Shown here: positions 60,527-64,000 of the stretch, in pieces | How the letters are laid out: each line of letters starts with the position of its first letter | How positions within the stretch are numbered: position 1 is the stretch's first letter | Virus record (IMG/VR): IMGVR_UViG_3300028591_000117 | Location: 1 to 64,000 of that record | DNA: 64,000 nucleotides | Direction: 5' to 3' (one strand) | Origin: a virus | Taxonomy: Duplodnaviria; Caudoviricetes | Notes under the pieces: generated by a model | What the model was told of the DNA's origin: nothing | Databases searched by the model: none | The model's input: only the letters and a program-made list of their open reading frames with translations | Translations under genes and position numbers: made by a program

Positions 60527-60546
60527 TTAAGCACCACCTCCTTTAA

Positions 60547-60888
60547 TTAAAATTCTATATCTAATTCTTTTATTACATACTCTGTAATTCTATCTAAGTT
60601 TGGTTCTAATTGATACCAAATATCTATTTTAAATACTTCATCTTTATCTGGTCTATGATGTAAACTAGTCACTAAAACCTCATGTTCAGCTTTAGACCAG
60701 TAATAATACATTAGTATACTTTTAATTCCTTCTTTTAATTTTTCATAATTATCTATTTTATCACGTTTTATTCTTTTAAATAAATCATTTACAAACCACT
60801 CACCTAAAACATTAACTCTTTCTAGCTTATTACTATTGAAATCTTCTCTAAAAGCATACCATTCTAATTTTTTATTCTTTTTCTTCAT
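60547..60888 (-). CDS. Hypothetical protein
   Basis: YYYWSKAEHE...KIDIWYQ. Confidence 0.6.
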   Translation of the reverse strand: MKKKNKKLEWYAFREDFNSNKLERVNVLGEWFVNDLFKRIKRDKIDNYEKLKEGIKSILMYYYWSKAEHEVLVTSLHHRPDKDEVFKIDIWYQLEPNLDRITEYVIKELDIEF

Positions 60889-61450
60889 AATTATCTTCTC
60901 TTTCTTCTATTAATCTATCTAATAAAGTACATGCTTGACTATACTCTCTCATATTAAAACCAGTATATGTATCACATTTAACTAAATAAGGAGTTAAATC
61001 TCTTTTAAAACCTACCATATCAGTGTCATCATCTAAAATAACCATAACAGTTTTATCAATATCATAGTTATTTTCAATCATCCAATTCTCTATCTGAACT
61101 CCTCTAGTTTTAAAATAATTCTTATTAGCTCCATCAATAACTTCTACTCTACTGTCTAAACCACTATTTCTAAGAGCTTTTTCAACATCTTTTAATTTAT
61201 GTCCTATAAGCCATGTAGATGTAATAACTATTTTTAAATTATACTCTAAACAAAGTTTATTTAACCACCTAACTGCAAATTCATTAGATACTCTTTTATC
61301 ATTAGGCCAACATAAATCGAAATAAAAACCATCTTTTTCTACCATTCTTCTACCATCAATTGGTTCTGAATATATCATGTGAGTATTTACAACACCATCA
61401 ATATCTAAAAATAATAATCTATCATAACTTAATCTTATACTAGTTACCAT
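60872..61450 (-). CDS. HAD-superfamily phosphatase (RNA-repair-associated type)
   Basis: LFLDIDGVVN, IVITSTW, RG.QI and VILDDDTDM. Confidence 0.8.
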   Translation of the reverse strand: MVTSIRLSYDRLLFLDIDGVVNTHMIYSEPIDGRRMVEKDGFYFDLCWPNDKRVSNEFAVRWLNKLCLEYNLKIVITSTWLIGHKLKDVEKALRNSGLDSRVEVIDGANKNYFKTRGVQIENWMIENNYDIDKTVMVILDDDTDMVGFKRDLTPYLVKCDTYTGFNMREYSQACTLLDRLIEEREDNYEEKE

Positions 61451-61465
61451 ACTCCACCTCAATAC

Positions 61466-61501
61466 TATTATATGAAAAAAGAGACTCAATTGAGTCTCTT
61501 T
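61466..61501 (-). terminator. Terminator of the ncRNA locus fused to a class I promoter
   Basis: AAAGAGACTCA/TGAGTCTCTTT plus U-run, followed by TCATATAATA. Confidence 0.8.
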
Positions 61502-62355
61502 AAATATATTAACTAGGTAGGAATTATTTATTTACCTACAAGTTTAAGACTTAGCTCTGTTTATTAGTTGTACTCTAATGAGGAAGGATTGATTACCTTC
61601 AAGACTGCTAGCTTTAGACAATGTAATACGGTCAAAATCTTTTTCTAAGATTTCGCGTTCCAATTTACACCTTCTGACACAGATTTGTACTGAGTGATTA
61701 ATTGCCAAACTATTATACACCTTTTTACAGGCTTCAACTGCATCTACTTAATGAAAGCTGTGTATATATGCCTCGAACACGTACATATATCACTATCATC
61801 TAGTCGCAACCATCATTCTAGACTGATTATATAAAATTTCGCTATATAAACTCGTTATTATCATAACTCTAAGTCCATTTCAGAACTGTCTATATACCAC
61901 TTACTCCAAGCAAGAGTATTCGTGCACTACATTTGTAGGAAAGTTGTCAAATCTTTCATTATTAAATATAACCATCTTATTAAACTACTATATTTATTAT
62001 TATCTGGCCAAGATAATAACATTTTATAATATAGATTGGATTGATTACCAATATATCAGTACTCAACTACCTATTTCCATTTAACACGGATTTTAGCAGA
62101 CAACATCTATCAAATTTATAGGAGCATATCTCTCCATCAACCGCGAACATTTCTCGTTCTCTCTACTGTTTAGTCGCAACACCACATGTAGACTAGAATG
62201 CATTCGATAGACTCAACTTACACTAACTAAGAATAACAACAAAACTCCCTCGGCTTTTGACCTGGCTACTTAGCTCATGACGAGTTTTTTAACTCGTGTT
62301 AGTTTCTACTCTTATAACGTCGAAATATTGTTTGAGTTACTAAGTTAATATATTT
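61502..62355 (-). ncRNA. Large structured ncRNA (about 850 nt), GOLLD/ROOL-like
   Basis: No ORF of 60 aa or more; higher GC than typical intergenic DNA here; ends form a perfect 13-bp helix; many hairpins and duplicated motifs; next to a tRNA; bounded by promoter/boxA and terminator. Confidence 0.75.
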
Positions 62356-62382
62356 TCAAAGAACTTAGTGTATTTAACACTA
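62353..62382 (-). promoter_or_regulatory. rrn-type antitermination signal: boxB-like hairpin plus boxA
   Basis: UAGUGU-UAAAU-ACACUA followed by GUUCUUUGAAAA, the Firmicutes rRNA boxA consensus. Confidence 0.75.
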
Positions 62383-62394
62383 CTCTAATTAATA

Positions 62395-62561
62395 GCTGAT
62401 AATATACTTAAGATTAAAAATAGTTATATTTGTCTATATCAAGGTACCGTCTTCGATATTCCACAGCAAACTACAGCAAATCTTCTTAATTTTGGTTTAC
62501 TGACTTCATTAAGTAGAGTAACTTAATTGAAAGTCACTCTTTTAACTAGTATACTATCAGC
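62395..62561 (-). ncRNA. 167-nt rod-shaped RNA, 6S RNA-like
   Basis: 14-bp closing stem, central bubble and apical stem; starts about 7 nt after a TCATATAATA promoter. Confidence 0.5.
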
Positions 62562-62567
62562 ATATTT

Positions 62568-62577
62568 TATTATATGA
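62568..62577 (-). promoter_or_regulatory. Class I phage promoter TCATATAATA driving the ncRNAs
   Basis: Same 10-mer at 11065, 15273, 25172, 31553, 37344, 38518, 39323, 42135, 50841, 56646 and 61466, each just upstream of a gene start. Confidence 0.7.
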
Positions 62578-62604
62578 AGTTTTTTAAACTTCCTATAATT
62601 AAAG

Positions 62605-62681
62605 TGGTAGGCAGAGTAGGACTTGAACCCACGACCAAAGCTGTATAAGAACCTCACTCTAACCAACTGAGTTATCTGCCT
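62605..62681 (-). tRNA. tRNA-Ile with UAU anticodon, CCA encoded
   Basis: AGGCAGA-TA-ACTC-AGTTGGTTA-GAGT-G-AGGTT-CT TAT AC-AGCTT-TGGTC-GTGGG-TTCAAGT-CCTAC-TCTGCCT-A-CCA. Confidence 0.9.
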
Positions 62682-62736
62682 AAAACCGTTGTTTGTTATT
62701 TAGACAGGTCCTACAACGTGAGCTGACCTCAATTAA

Positions 62737-62745
62737 ATTATACCA
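62737..62745 (-). promoter_or_regulatory. sigmaA-type extended -10 promoter for the tRNA
   Basis: TGGTATAAT; the same element occurs at about 5027, 13946 and 62899. Confidence 0.55.
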
Positions 62746-62927
62746 TAAATAATTTAAAATGTTTATACTAAATTATAAAATAATAAAACACTAGCGAGAT
62801 GTAGTTATTTAACTAGTGTTTTATTATTTTGAGAATTTCTCTACATAAGATTTTGAAACCTGTATATAAAACTAAGCACCAAATTTATATACAAATAAAT
62901 TATACCATAAATTAGTAAAAAATAAAA

Positions 62928-63647
62928 CTATTTTTCTGAAATAGTCTTATCTTCTTTCATAACAAGTTCTCTAATCTGTTCAAGTTTATCTTCAGGTAAC
63001 ATCATCATGCTATCTAATAGTTTTCTATATTCATTATTTAAACTACCAAACTGACTATTATTTTGAACAGTTCTCATTGAAACATCTAAAATGTTTGTAA
63101 TATCTTTATTTAAATTAGTTAATGTTGATGATAAAGTTTTTAAGTCCATGTCATATAAATTTGAAGGGTCAAATAATCTTTCTTGTACTTGATTTGTATA
63201 AGCAGTTAACATAGGTATTCTAGAAAGTTGCATTAAAGTCATTATAGCTGACATTTCTTTTAGACGACCTTCAGTATCAGACATAAATTTATCTACAAAT
63301 AAAGGTTTTTCACCTTTACCTGCAATATAATTAAATAGGTCTTGTATATCTTCAGGAGTAAGACCTAGTGTAAGTTCATTTCTTTTAACTAGTACTGCAT
63401 CAAGAGGTTTTTCTTCACAAATATTTTCAATATTTTCAGGAATAGTATTAAAATTAATTTCTTGCTCTAAACTATCTTCTAACGTTTTATTTTCTAAAAC
63501 TTTAGCCATAGGAGTATCTTCAAATTTAGTATCTGAAGGAAGTTTAACCCATTGAGCTTCTCCAGTTTCTTCATTACTAATTACTTCTGGATTTTCTTTA
63601 GTCTTAGTCAACATATTCTTTAAATCTTCATCTGTAATTTTCTCCAT
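62928..63647 (-). CDS. Hypothetical protein
   Basis: GAGGAGGAG RBS; 239 aa, helical. Confidence 0.6.
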   Translation of the reverse strand: MEKITDEDLKNMLTKTKENPEVISNEETGEAQWVKLPSDTKFEDTPMAKVLENKTLEDSLEQEINFNTIPENIENICEEKPLDAVLVKRNELTLGLTPEDIQDLFNYIAGKGEKPLFVDKFMSDTEGRLKEMSAIMTLMQLSRIPMLTAYTNQVQERLFDPSNLYDMDLKTLSSTLTNLNKDITNILDVSMRTVQNNSQFGSLNNEYRKLLDSMMMLPEDKLEQIRELVMKEDKTISEK

Positions 63648-63764
63648 AATATCTCCTCCTCATTAATAAATATATAATATAATGTAATATTTAACTAGAA
63701 ATAACTTAGAGACACTCTGGAATATCTTTTAATTATATTAATATAAATATATTAGAAACTAGTT

Positions 63765-63974
63765 TTATTTAAATCTGAATAAATCTGATATCTTTTTCTT
63801 TCTAACAGTAATTAAATTACTATTTGATTTATCTGATTGAATAAATTTAAATTTTCGTGTATCTAATAACATTCTCATATCATATTGACTAGCATAGTTA
63901 ATTTTACAATTAACAGGTCTTCCTTTAAATAAGTCTTCAATATGTGCTATGTGAACAAATACCTCTATATACAT
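63765..63974 (-). CDS. Hypothetical protein
   Basis: GGAGGT RBS. Confidence 0.55.
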   Translation of the reverse strand: MYIEVFVHIAHIEDLFKGRPVNCKINYASQYDMRMLLDTRKFKFIQSDKSNSNLITVRKKKISDLFRFK

Positions 63975-64000
63975 AATATTACCTCCATAAGTTTACATTA

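Noticed and set aside
61502-62355. Group I/II intron, tmRNA or rRNA fragment
   Set aside because: No flanking exons, no recognisable domain V or P7 core, no tRNA-like ends or tag ORF and no rRNA motifs seen by eye; only a covariance search can fully exclude these.
62685-62730. Theta (HDV-like) ribozyme next to the tRNA
   Set aside because: It lies 5' rather than 3' of the tRNA and the nested double-pseudoknot pairings could not be built.
1-64000. Stop-codon reassignment
   Set aside because: Long conserved genes are intact in code 11 and end in TAA, TAG and TGA; the helicase break needs a frame change, not readthrough.

Overview
64 kb segment of a very AT-rich, large tailed dsDNA phage with a T4-like head module. 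The host is probably an anaerobic Bacillota, judging by SpoVS, AbrB, NrdDG, strong GGAGG Shine-Dalgarno sites and a Firmicutes-type boxA. Essentially all genes are on the minus strand in the standard genetic code. It encodes portal, large terminase and a family of acidic putative internal-head proteins with many L/I-x-E protease-type sites. It also encodes replication/recombination genes (primase, clamp-loader-like subunits, SSB, RecA, RuvC, SbcD plus a three-piece SbcC, ATP ligase, SF2 helicase), two sigma-like factors, GroEL/GroES, NrdD/NrdG, dCMP deaminase and APRT. Three items stand out. (1) A nucleotide cluster (N-deoxyribosyl hydrolase/transferase, HD nucleotidase, ThyX-like protein with rewritten motifs, aldo-keto reductase, dNMP kinase, dUTPase) that looks like an undescribed DNA base-modification pathway. 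(2) A helicase gene broken at its Walker A by 5 extra nt arranged as ACU-UA-ACU inside a hairpin, the signature of programmed ribosomal bypassing. (3) An ORF-free RNA locus with tRNA-Ile(UAU), a 167-nt 6S-like rod and an ~850-nt GOLLD/ROOL-like RNA with boxB/boxA and a closing stalk; one of its hairpins is complementary to the helicase mRNA beside the break. All calls come from motif recognition by eye; no searches were run.
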